Both the position numbers and the translations under genes were made by a program. A stretch of DNA of 64,000 bases from Lama guanicoe. Its lineage: Eukaryota. The stretch lies in contig MU054187.1 in assembly GCA_013239625.1 (NCBI GenBank), positions 3,855,757 through 3,919,756 of the forward strand, written 5' to 3'. The notes beneath the pieces are model-generated. The model was not told the DNA's origin. It worked only from the letters and a program-made list of their open reading frames with translations, and did no database searches. Shown here piece by piece: positions 39,051 through 52,100 of the stretch; within the stretch, counting starts at the first letter, position 1; every line of letters begins with the position of its first letter.

Positions 39051-41089
39051 TCTGCTGACTCGAGTGGTGGATCATGAATCTGTAGACCCACGCTCTTCCA
39101 AGTCTACTTCAGCTTAGCTGCTCACAAGGAAGCCCTAGGTTCCAGGCACCAGTGCTCACAGGGCAGGCACTCAGCCCCAGGGCTCAGCGAGCTCCAGGTG
39201 GCCTGGCCCCCAGATTTCCCTCCCTGCTCTTCCCTGCCCTGGGGGCTCGGCTGCCAGAGCGTTTGTAGAAGAGCCAGGGAACTGATGGGCATCCGTTGGG
39301 TGGCGCCCAGGTGGCCCCCAGGCTGATACTGGTTCCCTTGTGAGGACAGGATGGCTCTCGACTGTGGGAGGTGTAACATGGGGAAATAGCATCCCGACGT
39401 CTCACAGAGGAACTGACCCACACGTGGAGGGCAGCTGACATCCAGGAGTGGCAGGAAGAACCACTACACAGGAGACCATGTCTGATTTATTGATTTATTC
39501 TCCAGGTGGGAGAGAGGTCTAACCCACGCCCCTGGGTCTTCCTGACCGGGAGCTGATGGCTGGTCTGGTCACAGAATAAAGGTGCCTGTGGGCGTGAGCG
39601 TCGTTCAGACGTGCTTGCCTCCTGAGTTTCTGTCACGATTCCTGTTTCATAATTCTGTTCTGATTGAGGAAGATGTTTAAATAAATAGACAAAGAATTCA
39701 TTTACATACTTTTTTGCATGTTGGAACACACATCCTTGATCAGATCTTGTGTCCCCCAAATGCCTGGCGCATAAAATGTGGGGACTTCGGTGTTGCGTGA
39801 CCCTCTGCCCAGGAAGTAGCGTGGCTGGGAGCCTTTCTTGAAGTGTCTCCTACAGCAGGTGCCCTGGGACTCTGGCCGAGACCTGAGGGGATGGAGTTGA
39901 ATGTAACAAATTCAAACCCAGTGCACATGGAGCTGTTAGCTTTCTCCCCAGACACATTACATCTCCTTCCTTCTTAGTCAAAAAGCTCCTCAGCTTTCCC
40001 CGGGGCTGTTGGGGAAACAGAAGTTAAAAGTGGCGGCTGCAGCCAGGGGCTCTCCAGCTGCCAGCAGTCAGTCTCCACAGTCCTTCCCCCAGGAACCTCC
40101 CGCTGACTGAATGAGCTGAGTACATGGAGCCGAGGCGGGATGCTGACCCTGGGGAGGGCGGGCAGATGCTCTGGAGGGATGATGGGTGAGTCCCAACCAC
40201 CCACGCCTCCTCAAAGTGGCGGACAGCGCCGCCCACTGACACACGCTTCCCTTTGGGGCAGATACCGAATTCTGTGTTTCCAGGCAGACCGCAGCTAAAA
40301 GCGGAGATAGGGACAAAGCAACCCTTTTGTGAACAGAGAAAAGGTGTCTTGCTGGACCGTGTACCTGTTTCTCGTCTTCATAAATGATAAACGAGTGATT
40401 GTGACCTGCTGCTGTAACAGCCAGCACTACTGTGCAGCCACCGAGCGTCCCGAACCCTCAGAATGCCTCTCTTGTGCAGGATACGAGGGCACTGCAAGGC
40501 CCAAAGAAATGGTCCGGTCTCTGCAACTGAATGCAAATGCACGGGATGAAGTTCTGGGATTTCGCTCAATGTGTTTTCCTCTCTACAGTTACTCGTGATT
40601 TTTTTTTTTCCTACTGAGAGCTCTTCTGTTCTGTGAAGGCGAGACCTTGGGGTTAAAGGGAAGGGAAGGGCTGATGACCAGTTTTACATTTTAATCTCAG
40701 CTCTTGCTTTCAAATTAGACTTTAAAAATTCTATCATGAGACAACAGTATTCATTTAAGTAAATGAAAAGGTTTTCGTTTTTTAGAACTCCCAAAGCTGG
40801 CTTTACAATGAAGAACCATTAGAGCAGTCCAGCTGAGAAATTAAGAAGTGATGGGACTGGAAGAACACAATTTTGCAGGGCCTAATTTAGTATTAATAGA
40901 CTAGATACTGACCCTCAGTGGCTCCTAGGTTCACAAGAAGAAAAGCAATCAGACATTATGGTTCCTCCTGATGGGAGAAAACTCCGTAACCACGGTGTGT
41001 TCTTGGGAAACCAACCAACCAACCAACCAATGATTGAATCTGATAAAGGCCGTGGGTCCAGCTTCCAATTTTTAGAAAATAAAGTGGGG

Positions 41090-41705
41090 GGAGGAGCATG
41101 GTAAACAATGTTTTTGAGGTGCAATCAGCAAAATCCAGACTGTGGGACAATCAAAAGATCCAGTCTGGTTTCTCCAGCAGACAGATAGAAAAGGGACAAA
41201 GAGAGACGAAGAGAGAAATTTTGATGAAAGAGACACAAGGGGCGGGGCGTGAACAATGGCACCATGTAGGTATTATTTAGAATCCAGTTCTAAATAAGCT
41301 CTAAAAACATGATTTTTATGAAACAATTAGAAACAAGAGGAACAGATATTTGATGATAATAAGAAGTAATAGTTACTCTCGTTTTGGGGATGGATGTGTT
41401 TTGATGTGTTCTTAGGGTCATGTTAAAAAATGAGTTATCTTTTTGAGAAAAATACAACTGAATATTTAACAGACAAAATATGTACTGAAAAAATTTATAG
41501 ATAAAATTATACTATGTGTGAAATTTGCTTCAAAATAATGTAGGGGGCAGAAAGTGGATGGGGGTGTTGTTGAACCAAGATTGGCTGTGAGTTGATGATT
41601 ATTGTACTCGGGCGACAGGTACATGGAGGGGGAGGCTGTTATACTTCTCTGTTTGCTTTTTGTAGAACTCTGAGGTTCTCCATAACAAAAAAAAAGTCTT
41701 AACAA
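41090..41705 (+). mobile_element. Old L1M 3' region relic
   Basis: 'caatcagcaaaatccagactgtggga', 'gatattt gatgataataag', 'atttgcttcaaaataat', 'gattggctgtgagttgatgattattg'. Confidence 0.65.
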
Positions 41706-44117
41706 ATAAAGTCACTGATACAATAAAATGTATACTGTGTTACAAAGACAAAGCAAGCTTCCATCCTGATGTTCAAGAGAATCCCTATTTCCAGCTCCTT
41801 CGTGGGCTGTAGCAATGACATACTCGATGGTCTTTTGCTTAGGAGAGCCTTACTCATTTCAAGATGCTGGAAGGCTTCGTTCCTCTAACAGAGACATCAG
41901 AGTCATCCCAGACGGCTAGTTACTGCTAGGGTGTTGTTACATGTCTGTGAAAGAAGTCAGTAAACTAAATTCTTTCCTGTAGACATTCTCATTTCATTTG
42001 GAATCAACGGCCCTGGCTCACAACATGCATAAAACTCTAGGGCAAGAAATAACCCATTCCTAGATTTAAAATGGCTTTACCTAACAGCGCAAAGGAAAAT
42101 CTATAAGCCTTACCCTTTTCATTGGTTTTTAACACACTCTCATTAAATCTTACAACAGCTTTAAAAATCTTTGTTAAAAGCCGTTCAAGGAGAAAGATAA
42201 ATTTAAAGAGTGTGTCAGTTATCTCATAAAAAAATAAAGGCTACGAGTAGATCTTTGTGGGTTATTTTTGCTTGTTTATATCTCACATTTTTGTCTGGGA
42301 ATCACTCCACTAATTATGCAGATTAAGTACTAAGGTAGTACCTTACCTGGAGAAAAATTATTCTGTTCGACTCTCTTCTCAAATTTAGGATGTTTAAGGT
42401 CAGTGAATTCAGCGTGTTCAGGATTAGCAGGAACGGTTCCATTTTGCTGCCTGACGACAAATCTGTTTGGCTGCCTGTAACCAAGGCCTCTGTCTAGCAG
42501 CAGGAGGTTGAGAATAGAACAGGTTATCAATGCAGGTGGTGAAACTGCTTTCCCGGAAAACCTTTGTGAGCACCGGGAAGTACCATGTGTCTGCCGTGAT
42601 TGATTTAGCCCTTCAGCGCTGAGCCTTCCAACAGGAGAGCAATCTAGTTTCTTGCCAGAGGGAAGCCCTGACTGATGTGGACCCCTTGTGTGATCTGTCC
42701 CTGGGGAAGTGCCGTAGGACGTCGGCACTGATGCTCGCAGTCAGAGGGGAGCGGAGCACCAGAAGGAAGCAATCCTTCTGAGTGGGACGCTGCCCTTTCC
42801 TGCCTCGGGTCAGATTGTTCCCTCTGCACCGGTCTCTGCCATCACGGGGCCACCCTGTGCTCTAATGGGCCACTGCTGTCTGTTCCCTTGTCATAGAAAC
42901 AGACCAATAAGCATTGTATTTATGAGTTGGTTTTGTTGAGTGAAGGAACTAACTTAGTTCTCAGAAATTTTAGGAACAACAACAAAAAGGTTTATCAAAG
43001 TGTTTCACATGGTACTATGTTCTGTGAAATTCCGTGTTTGACTCTCTTGGGAAGGACACAGGGAAGACCCCATTCAATTGTCTCGGGTTCATTCCATCAA
43101 CAATATGGACATGAGAGGAGGGGGTACTGGTTAGACCCACAGGGAATAGGATGTAGGTGTGGAGGGTATGGGGCACTGGCCCCCCTCAGGCTTGTATGCT
43201 GATGTGTATACCTGTGCATGCACCTTTCTCTCTGTGTTCCTTCCTCACTGCACCTACATCTTCCACACCCTCTTGCAGCAACAGATCCAGGGATTCAACA
43301 ATCACGCCCTCACTGAGTATCGGGAGGCTGGAGGAAAGCCAGGCTGTATCTTTGCTGCATCCTCTCTTGTGCTGGCAAGTGTGGTCCTGCAGGTGTTGGT
43401 GCTTTTCCTACCAGACATGCCAGTGGCCAGGTACCAGTTTCATACATGATGTGAGGTTGATATGGGCATCCAGTCTCTGCTGATTCTGGTCTAGCAGTGC
43501 CGTTCTGGGCAGCACATGGACTATGCACCCCAGCATCTGACCCCGCTCCCATCTGACTGGCAGAGACAGCAGCTCTCCTGCAAGGTCAGTTGTGCAGTAT
43601 TGTATTCGCTACCCCCAGATGTGTAATGCACACCCTGACTTAGGATGTAAACAGCTTCTAAAAATGACAAATATTAATTTTGATGCTGTAGGAAGATTTC
43701 TTTGTTTGCAAAGTATGCATGTTTAATTTATCTGTTTGTGTCCCAGTTTATTTTCACATCCATCATTGAGTGTTTTGATACAGATTATTTTCTCTCTAAG
43801 GAAACGCCGTTGTGTTTTGCATGTCTTTGATCCTTGTGTAACTAGAGAACTGGTTCTGGATTGGCTGTTAAAACCAAGCATCTTTCAACTATGTAAGCTC
43901 CTCATTAATGTCCCACTCATTCCACAATTTAGATGCCACACGGTCACAAGAGCTGCCACTCCAGGTGGGCAACAAAACAAAACAAAAGCAAGCACTTTGA
44001 CGAGAGGATACTTAAAACAGGTGATTGTAGCAGGCACTGATCAGGGAATGCTGTTAGTGTCTCCAAGTAAAATTGAGAGAGAAAAGAATTGTCATGTAAC
44101 ATGGGGATTTAATTCTT

Positions 44118-45177
44118 TTTTTTTTAAACATTTTTATTGATTTATAATCATTTTACAATGTTGTGTCAAATTCCAGTGTTCAGCACAATTTTTCAGTCAT
44201 TCATGGACATATACACACTCATTGTCACATTTTTTTCTCTGTGATTTATCATAACATTTTGTGTATATTTCCCTGTGCTATACAGTGTAATCTTGTTTAT
44301 CTNNNNNNNNNNNNNNNNNNNNNNNNNNNNNNNNNNNNNNNNNNNNNNNNNNNNNNNNNNNNNNNNNNNNNNNNNNNNNNNNNNNNNNNNNNNNNNNNNN
44401 NNNNNNNNNNNNNNNNNNNNNNNNNNNNNNNNNNNNNNNNNNNNNNNNNNNNNNNNNNNNNNNNNNNNNNNNNNNNNNNNNNNNNNNNNNNNNNNNNNNN
44501 NNNNNNNNNNNNNNNNNNNNNNNNNNNNNNNNNNNNNNNNNNNNNNNNNNNNNNNNNNNNNNNNNNNNNNNNNNNNNNNNNNNNNNNNNNNNNNNNNNNN
44601 NNNNNNNNNNNNNNNNNNNNNNNNNNNNNNNNNNNNNNNNNNNNNNNNNNNNNNNNNNNNNNNNNNNNNNNNNNNNNNNNNNNNNNNNNNNNNNNNNNNN
44701 NNNNNNNNNNNNNNNNNNNNNNNNNNNNNNNNNNNNNNNNNNNNNNNNNNNNNNNNNNNNNNNNNNNNNNNNNNNNNNNNNNNNNNNNNNNNNNNNNNNN
44801 NNNNNNNNNNNNNNNNNNNNNNNNNNNNNNNNNNNNNNNNNNNNNNNNNNNNNNNNNNNNNNNNNNNNNNNNNNNNNNNNNNNNNNNNNNNNNNNNNNNN
44901 NNNNNNNNNNNNNNNNNNNNNNNNNNNNNNNNNNNNNNNNNNNNNNNNNNNNNNNNNNNNNNNNNNNNNNNNNNNNNNNNNNNNNNNNNNNNNNNNNNNN
45001 NNNNNNNNNNNNNNTAGGTCCCATTTGTTTATTCTTGCTTTTATTTCTTCTAGAAGAAAATTTTTGAAATGTATGTCAGATAATGTTTTGCCTATGTTTT
45101 CCTCTAGGAGGTTTATTGTATCTTGTCTTATGTTTAAGTCTTTAATCCATTTTGAGTTGATTTTTGTATATGGTGTA
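44118..45177 (-). mobile_element. Young 5'-truncated LINE-1 with perfect 14-bp TSD, spanning an assembly gap
   Basis: Poly-T and 3' UTR at left. The right part translates without stops as [54 protein letters not shown] (L1 ORF2). TSD gggatttaattctt at 44104-44117 and 45178-45191. Confidence 0.95.
44303..45014. other. Assembly gap (712 N)
   Basis: Run of N. Confidence 1.
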
Positions 45178-45716
45178 GGGATTTAATTCTTGTATTCAAG
45201 AATTGTATTAAAGTGTATTAAAATAAAATAATGAAATTTTGTCTTAGATTCTAGAGGCAACTATGCACCACACGCCTCTCTCTGAGTGTCCTGGTGCCCC
45301 GCATGGATCGTCATCGAAATCAGCTCTGTTCTCAGGGAGCTGGCTCACTGAGAGCCTACCTTTCCGGGAGGCGGGGGAAAGAGGGAAGAAGGGAATGAAA
45401 GGTGGCTAATAGGATACCAGAACAAAGCAGGTTGAAAAGGAGCACATTTTGTTGTATCAGAAAAAAAAAAATCCCTTTGAAAGTCAACTTGTATATTCAA
45501 CTCATAGTCAAAACTGGGTTACCCTAGTCAGACTTCACATGCGTTCTTCCCTGGCACCTCGGGTTAGGGAAAAAGAGGACAAAGTATCCTTGCAGGATAA
45601 AGACATTGGTGAGCTGTTGAGCAGGGTTTTTTTTTTTTTAAATCGATCTTGACTCTGGTTGTAAAATGGTTATGAGTGAACCTCTGTGCCTGCCATCGTA
45701 ATAAGAGTTTAACAGG

Positions 45717-45830
45717 TGTCACTGAGTCCAAGCTCAGACTGCTCGCTGCATGACAGGCCAATAAGTTGAGAGATGAGTTGTTGGGGCGAGGAATAGCAAC
45801 TTTATTCAGAAAGCTAGCCAGCTGAGAAAA
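45717..45830 (-). mobile_element. Terminal fragment of an ERV1-type LTR
   Basis: 'tgtcactgagtccaagctc..gagatgagttgttggggcgaggaatagcaactttattcagaaagc', with a TG terminus and minus-strand AATAAA. Confidence 0.6.
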
Positions 45831-46129
45831 ATGTCCAAGATCGAGGCCGGCAGGTAGTCTTGTCCTTACGCCCCTTCTCCAGGCTCGCGGGGGCCGCCAT
45901 CTGGCCGTGTGCTCGCATCCCCGCTTCTTTGCACATGTCTGGAGACGGAGAGAGAGATCTCTCTTCTCTTGTTCTTGTAAGGCCACTGGTCCTGTCAGAT
46001 AAGGCCCTGCTGTTGTGAACTCATTTAACCATAGTTACCTCCTAAAAGCCTTGACTCCAGACACAGTCATGTTGGGGGCTGGAGTTTCAACACACGAATT
46101 CTGGGAAGGACACAGGTCAGTCCACAGCA
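45831..46129 (-). mobile_element. MLT1A-like MaLR LTR, truncated
   Basis: 'gtccaagatc', 'tcttgtaaggccact', 'tcatttaacc..ttacctcctaaaagcc', 'tttcaacacacgaattctggg..ggacaca..cagtccacagca'. Confidence 0.8.
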
Positions 46130-47644
46130 CTGACTGACATGGACGCCCCTGCTACCACTCCCAGCCCTGATCAAAGGAGGGTGCTTCGTGGTTAGGCAGT
46201 ATTTCCCCCTGGCCTGGATTTTGGTAAAAATGGAAACTTTATTGGAGATAAATTAAGGAGAAGAAGTCAAAAGGTCTCCTGCTTGGTTAGAACAGAAGAG
46301 GGATTGGGAAAAAAAAAAAAGAGGAGAGGGCTGACTTTCTATTTTAGGGGGCTCACGAGTTGGAGGTCACCAGCATATCACAGACCTGCTCTCACCCTCA
46401 GGAGGAAAGACTGTCACAGCCACCCCGACCCTGGTGGGTGACAGCCCTCCCACTGGCCGTCTGTTGTTCTTTGGTAAGTCAACGCTGATTGTCACTCGTT
46501 GTAACTGTGAGGTGGTTGAATCCTGAAATTCTCCTCTGGCCACTGGAATAGAGTGTCCTCACAGAACAGAAGGGTGACTGTGGTGTTGTTTATCGTCCAA
46601 AGATCTCAGGTTCAAGTCTTGTTCTTCCAGGGAAATGCTGAAAAGTACCTGAGATGAGGTGACCAGGTAAAGGGTTTGTTTTCAGTGTCCATCTGATGGC
46701 TGCACACCCTGGGGAAGCCCCTGGCACATTGTGGTTTCTCCGGTGGCCGTGATGGGGCAGCTGGAGTTAGGGGTGTGTCTCCACTGTCTATCAGTATGTT
46801 TTGATTTGCCTGTAGGACAAACCTTGTGTTCTGGGCCTGGGGGCAACATAGTCAAAGGAAACAGGAAGAAAACTAAAAAAAAAATTTTTCTTGATGGCAG
46901 AGACTATGTTTTATCCAGTTTTGGACCCTCCGTTCCCAGTTCTTTGCTTCACAAGTGCTTGTTGAGTGAATATGTTCTGAATCTTTGAAGACATTGCACT
47001 TCTCTCTCTCTTTTTATTTAGTACTTACTCACTGTGGGAAACAGGGATTTTTACTACTTCTCATTTTTTTTGAGACATAAGATATGGCTTTGTTCTAAAA
47101 AAATTCTCTACTGAAATTGTTGTGATTAATATTCTCAGAGGTGCAAGGTTGCTGTATCTTCTGGAAATGAAGCCCTTGTGAAGACAATAGGGAAGAAAAT
47201 AATTTCACAGTGGCGACTAGCCACTCAGATGTGCAGCTCAGATGGGTAAAAACAACTCGGTTGTTGTGTGCGGCCACTTGGCGTTAGGTAATTGCAGGTC
47301 CCAAAGACAGAGAATGGCTCATCTTTTGGGGACAACAGCTAATGTACGGAGTTTCTTTGAGAGTTAGGTTATTCAGACCAATATTAATTACAGACCATCA
47401 AGTAATTAGCGTATTTTACATAATGCCTAGATTCATTTGCATTTAATTTTAAACTTAAAAACGTTCTCTCTTCCCTCTCTTTGTTAAACCATTCTAAAAT
47501 TTTTTTAAAGCATATTTTTCTTTTATTTCAACTTTCATTTTTCAGTGGGTCATAAGGCGAAGTAACACCAACTGTCATAGTTTCAGCTACATTATTCAGA
47601 ATTTAAGTGCATAAAACTCAAGCCAGCTCTCATAGTTTATTGAG

Positions 47645-49135
47645 GCCTTTGCTTAAACTATAGATTCACAAGATGATGCAAAGGAAGAGCCTGGGAGGCC
47701 CTTTGCACCCTTTACCCAGCCTTCCCCTGGCATAACCACACCGACTGGTAAAGTAAGGAAAATGGCACGGACACAATCCATAGAGTTTTTTAGACTTTCC
47801 CTGTAGTATTTGCCTGTGTGTGTGTGTGTGTGTGATTTTATCACACGTGCAGCTTCAGGTAACCACCACCGCCAATGTGCATACCTGTACCATCGTCACA
47901 AAACTGTATTATTGTCCCTTTATCATCATAGTTGTCCCCCTCATCCTTACTCCCAAACCCTGGCAGCCACCCATGTGTTTTCCACCTTTATAAGTGTTAT
48001 TTTATAAATTTTAGGTAAATGGAATCATGCAGTATGCATCTGTTGGAGACTGTCTCTTTTCATTCAGCGTAACTTCTCTGAGGTTTATCCAAGTGGCTGT
48101 GTCCGTCAGCAGTCGGTTCCTTTTTGGGGCTGAGTGGTATTCCATCATATGAACATTCTGAAGTATGTTTAATCGTTCATTCAATGAAGACGTCTGTTAA
48201 AAGTATTCCTGCACAAGTGGCTGGATGGAAATGGTTTCCCTTGCTCTGGGACACAGGCCTAAGGATGCAGTTGTTAGGTTATATGTCAAGTCCATTTTTA
48301 GTTTTATAGAAACTGCTGAGCTTTTCCAGAGTGGCTGCAGTCCTTTGAGTAATCCAGTTTCTCCCTATCCTTGCCAGCATTTGGTGTTAACGCTGTTTTT
48401 GTTTTTTTAATTTTAGTGGTTTTGATGGTGTGTATTGATGTCTCAGTGTGGTTTTAATCTCTGTTTTCCTAATGGCTAATGATGTTGGACATCTTTTCGT
48501 GCGTTTGTCGCCTTGTACACCTGCTTCAGTGCAATGTCTCTTTGTCTTTTGCCCATTTTCTTACTGGATTTTTTATTTTCCCAAAGTTAAGCTTTGAGAG
48601 TTCTTTACATTTTCTAGACACTAGTCTTTTGTTGGAAATGTGACTTGCAAATATATTCTCCTACACTGTAATTTGTCTTTTCATTCCTTTTAATAGAACA
48701 GAAGTTTTAAATATTGATGTTATTCCATTTGCCAAATTTCCCTTTTATGGGTTGTGCCTTTGGTGTCAAGCTGAAGAACGCTTCCCCTAGTCCTAGCTCC
48801 TGAAAATTTCCTCCAATGTTCTTTTCTGAGCGTTTTATAGTTTATGTTATACACTTGAGTCTATGATCCATTTTGAGTTATATTTGATGGTCCGTTTGTT
48901 ATTTATGATGTGAGATTTTAGGTAAATTGTATTTCCCTGTAATTGTCGCATTGCTGTAGCACCGTTGATTACAAAGGCTGTACTTGTTCCAGTGAATTGC
49001 TTTTACTCCATTGTCAAAAATCAATTGGATGTCTCTGTGTGGATTTATTTCTGGATTCTCTATGCTGTTCCATTGACCTACGTGTTTAACTTTTCACCAG
49101 TACCACAGTGTCTTAATGACTATAGCTTTATAGTG
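47645..49135 (-). mobile_element. L1M (L1MC-like) 3' UTR plus degenerate ORF2
   Basis: 'aaatggaatcatgcagtatg', 'tccttgccagcatttggtgt', 'ctaatggctaatgatgttggacatctttt', 'ccagtaccacagtgtctt..tatagctttatagt'. Confidence 0.88.
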
Positions 49136-52100
49136 ATGGACTGGGGACGTCAGTGATGGACTGACGGGGCGGAAAGCATGTGGCCACAAGCAAATATCAG
49201 GGCGATGCAATGATCCTAATAGGAACCCGACCAAGAGCGCTCAGAGCCGCAAGGCCTCTTGGTGGCCCTCTTGGCGAGTGGCTGGGCATGGCGGGTCCAC
49301 ACAGGGCTGAGCCTGTGGCAAGAGCTCCAGGTCAGGTGTGGAGGCTGCAGTGAGGTGGGTGAGGGCAGCCAAAGACATGCTCCTTGTCCTGGGACGAGAA
49401 TCACAGACAGAATCCGGGGCTCAGATGCAAGAAGCTGAGATTAGGAGTCATCACCAGGTCTTGTGGTCGGGGTAAACGCCACTCTTCGTTCCTGCTCTTG
49501 GCTGGCCTCCCGAGTCACTTTTCATGTATCGATTGCAGAATTTTTCTGATTCTATTGTTTAAAAGTTTCAGATTTTTTTGGGGGGGGTCTTTTTTGAGAA
49601 AACAAAATGGCTTATATGGGATTTCTGCTGGCCTCATACTGTCTGAATGCTTCTTGGCCTCCCCACCACCTCCGCCCCATTGCGTGAGCTCCTACACCCT
49701 CCTCTTGGAAAAACGCCTTTTGTTTTGAGCAAACAGAGCAACTGTTTTCCACTGATTGGTTCTGTACTGATTAATTATTGTGGGAAACATTGCTTCTCAA
49801 ACATGCTGTGCTGATTTCTGCTTGCCTGCTGCGCAGAGGACGGCGGTGAGGTGGCGCCCAGCTCCGACTCCGTCCCAGCCCTGCAGGAGCGCTCGCCTTG
49901 CTGGGGCTGCCTGCTGTCTCCTCCACGCCCTTCAGCATGCTGGGAGAGACAGATTTACAGATCCACCTAATGAAATCTACATGTCTATGCAGTACTCATA
50001 TATCCATATAATATAATAATATAGTTTTTTTTTTAAAAGGTCATTTGTCCTTGGAGCTCACAGCTTCCTGATATTTCTTGTAAAAGCACCACCTGTCTCC
50101 CCGGAAGCAGAAATCAAGGGCATTACGACTGATTTTCAGTCCAGTGCACGGGACACACTGACATTAATTCCTCCACCAATACGGGTGGAGCGCCCTCCGT
50201 GTGTGGGGTGTTGCTGTGGGAACTGGGGAGACAGGGGTGTATCTCCTGAGTGGGGAAAATTGACATCAAGCAAAGAAATCCTGTCACTTCGTGCCGAGGG
50301 GATGAAGGTCACAGCAGGGGGAGGTGGCGCCGGGGAAGGATTCTGAGCCGTGTCAGTGCTGCAGGGATCTGAGTCCAGGGAGCGCAGAAGAGGCCCTGCT
50401 GGAGCAGGTGCTCTGGGCACCGGGCTCCTCCCGCCCTCCGCCACCGGCCGCTGTGTGGACACGGCCCCCCTGGGGCCGGGCAGTCTTGCCTCAGGCTGGA
50501 AGCATCTCTCTGCCCTTCCGACTTGGGCTCCCCCGGGGCTGGGAGCTCAGCCCTAGCAGGGGGTGCTGTGGGTTATTCTTCCTCTTGCGGGAGCGCGGGG
50601 GCGAGGTGGCAGGTAAATGCCATTTTTAACGTGCATGACTCCTAAATTATTCTTACCTTGTTAGACAATGCTCTCAAGAAAGTTCCCTCAGTTACCCCTT
50701 TGTCATCCCAGTTACCTAATAAAAGTCCCTCCCCTTTCCTTCTGCTCCTCTGCCTTCTTCTTCAACGATTAAACATCAAAGACTCTTATTACTAGAACCT
50801 GAGGAATCTTCCTCAGACTTTAAAACACTAGGGTGATGGTTTATCTGACTATTGAATAGCATTATACATGCCCTTCTATCATGTCTAAATAACAGTGCAA
50901 CACGTCATTTATAAAAAGAAGCACAGCCTGCCCAGATACAGACCTCAGTACCATTAGTTAGTATTTATTGAATACTATGTGCATAAATTAGCTGCTGTAT
51001 TGTAGGCCAGCAAAGAACAAATGTCGATTTTACGGAAGGAAGGGGGGCATCAGAGAGCAGAGCCGAGGTCCAGATCACCCTGGGCTGAACAGGCACGCAC
51101 GATTTGCAGCCTCCCGCGGGAAGCGGAACGCCGCCGGGCAGGGGTGGGAAAAGAGCGAACCTCACATCTCCTGAGCAGCGAAAGTCTTCCTCACTTGCCT
51201 GGGTGCTAATGAGCAAGAGGAACATTTCAAAATCAACGTAAACAAGGGCGTAGGTGGAGGTTTTACAGCAGCAGTGTGACCCTCCTGGTTCAGTAATAGC
51301 TCCCAGAACATGGAAACACAGAGCCCGGCTCTTCATGACGGAACGCTTCTCCTCAATGGTGACTTCACCCAGAAGAACAGTGTGTGGACAGTGATACAGC
51401 CTTCTTCAATGTGCAGACACTAAATCTGAGTAACTCCCGAGAAGAAGCAATTCATGATTTTTATGATGTATTTTTTGTTCAAAATTTCCTCCTGTGATGA
51501 AAGCAGCTCCTTGCTTTTGTAGCTTCATGGGCAGGACCGTGTGTAACAGGGGAAATTAGCTCGAGGCGGGAGGGGGAAGTTGGAAGATGAAACGTGGGAC
51601 CCCAGCCTCTGATGGGACCACAGTGTATGGAGTTCATGACCACATCCCACGGTGTCCAGGCAGAGGCAACTCTTCTCTGTTTTTAAGAAAACAAGACTGA
51701 GATCCACCACACCGTAGTGCGTGGAGCAGTCACGCAGACTGTAAGGACCGCGGCGGTGACTGCCCCTGCCTCGCGCAGGTGGCCCGACAGAAGCGGGATG
51801 AGGGCTGGCTGGCAGGAGGGGCTTTGTGGAATGCCGGGGAGGAGCCGTGGAGGAGGAAGAGCAGACGGCAAGCCCTTTTCTGGCTGAGGAAGATGCTGGA
51901 GCCTGCGCTGCAACCGGCCCAGTGTCCAAGGCTGAGATGGGGCCCCTGGACTCTGTCCTGGGCCGGCCTCAGCTCTCTTCCTTGCTGTCTGCCTCTTTCA
52001 GCAGCTGTGGGACTTGGGGATTCTTCAGTAGCAGAAACAAATGCCTAGTGGCTCAGAAAATCTTGTGAGATTGTATCATCGTCACGTGCCCACAGCACTT

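Noticed and set aside
44163..45186. Longest ORFs in the track (248-303 aa)
   Set aside because: They are artefacts of translating through the N gap.
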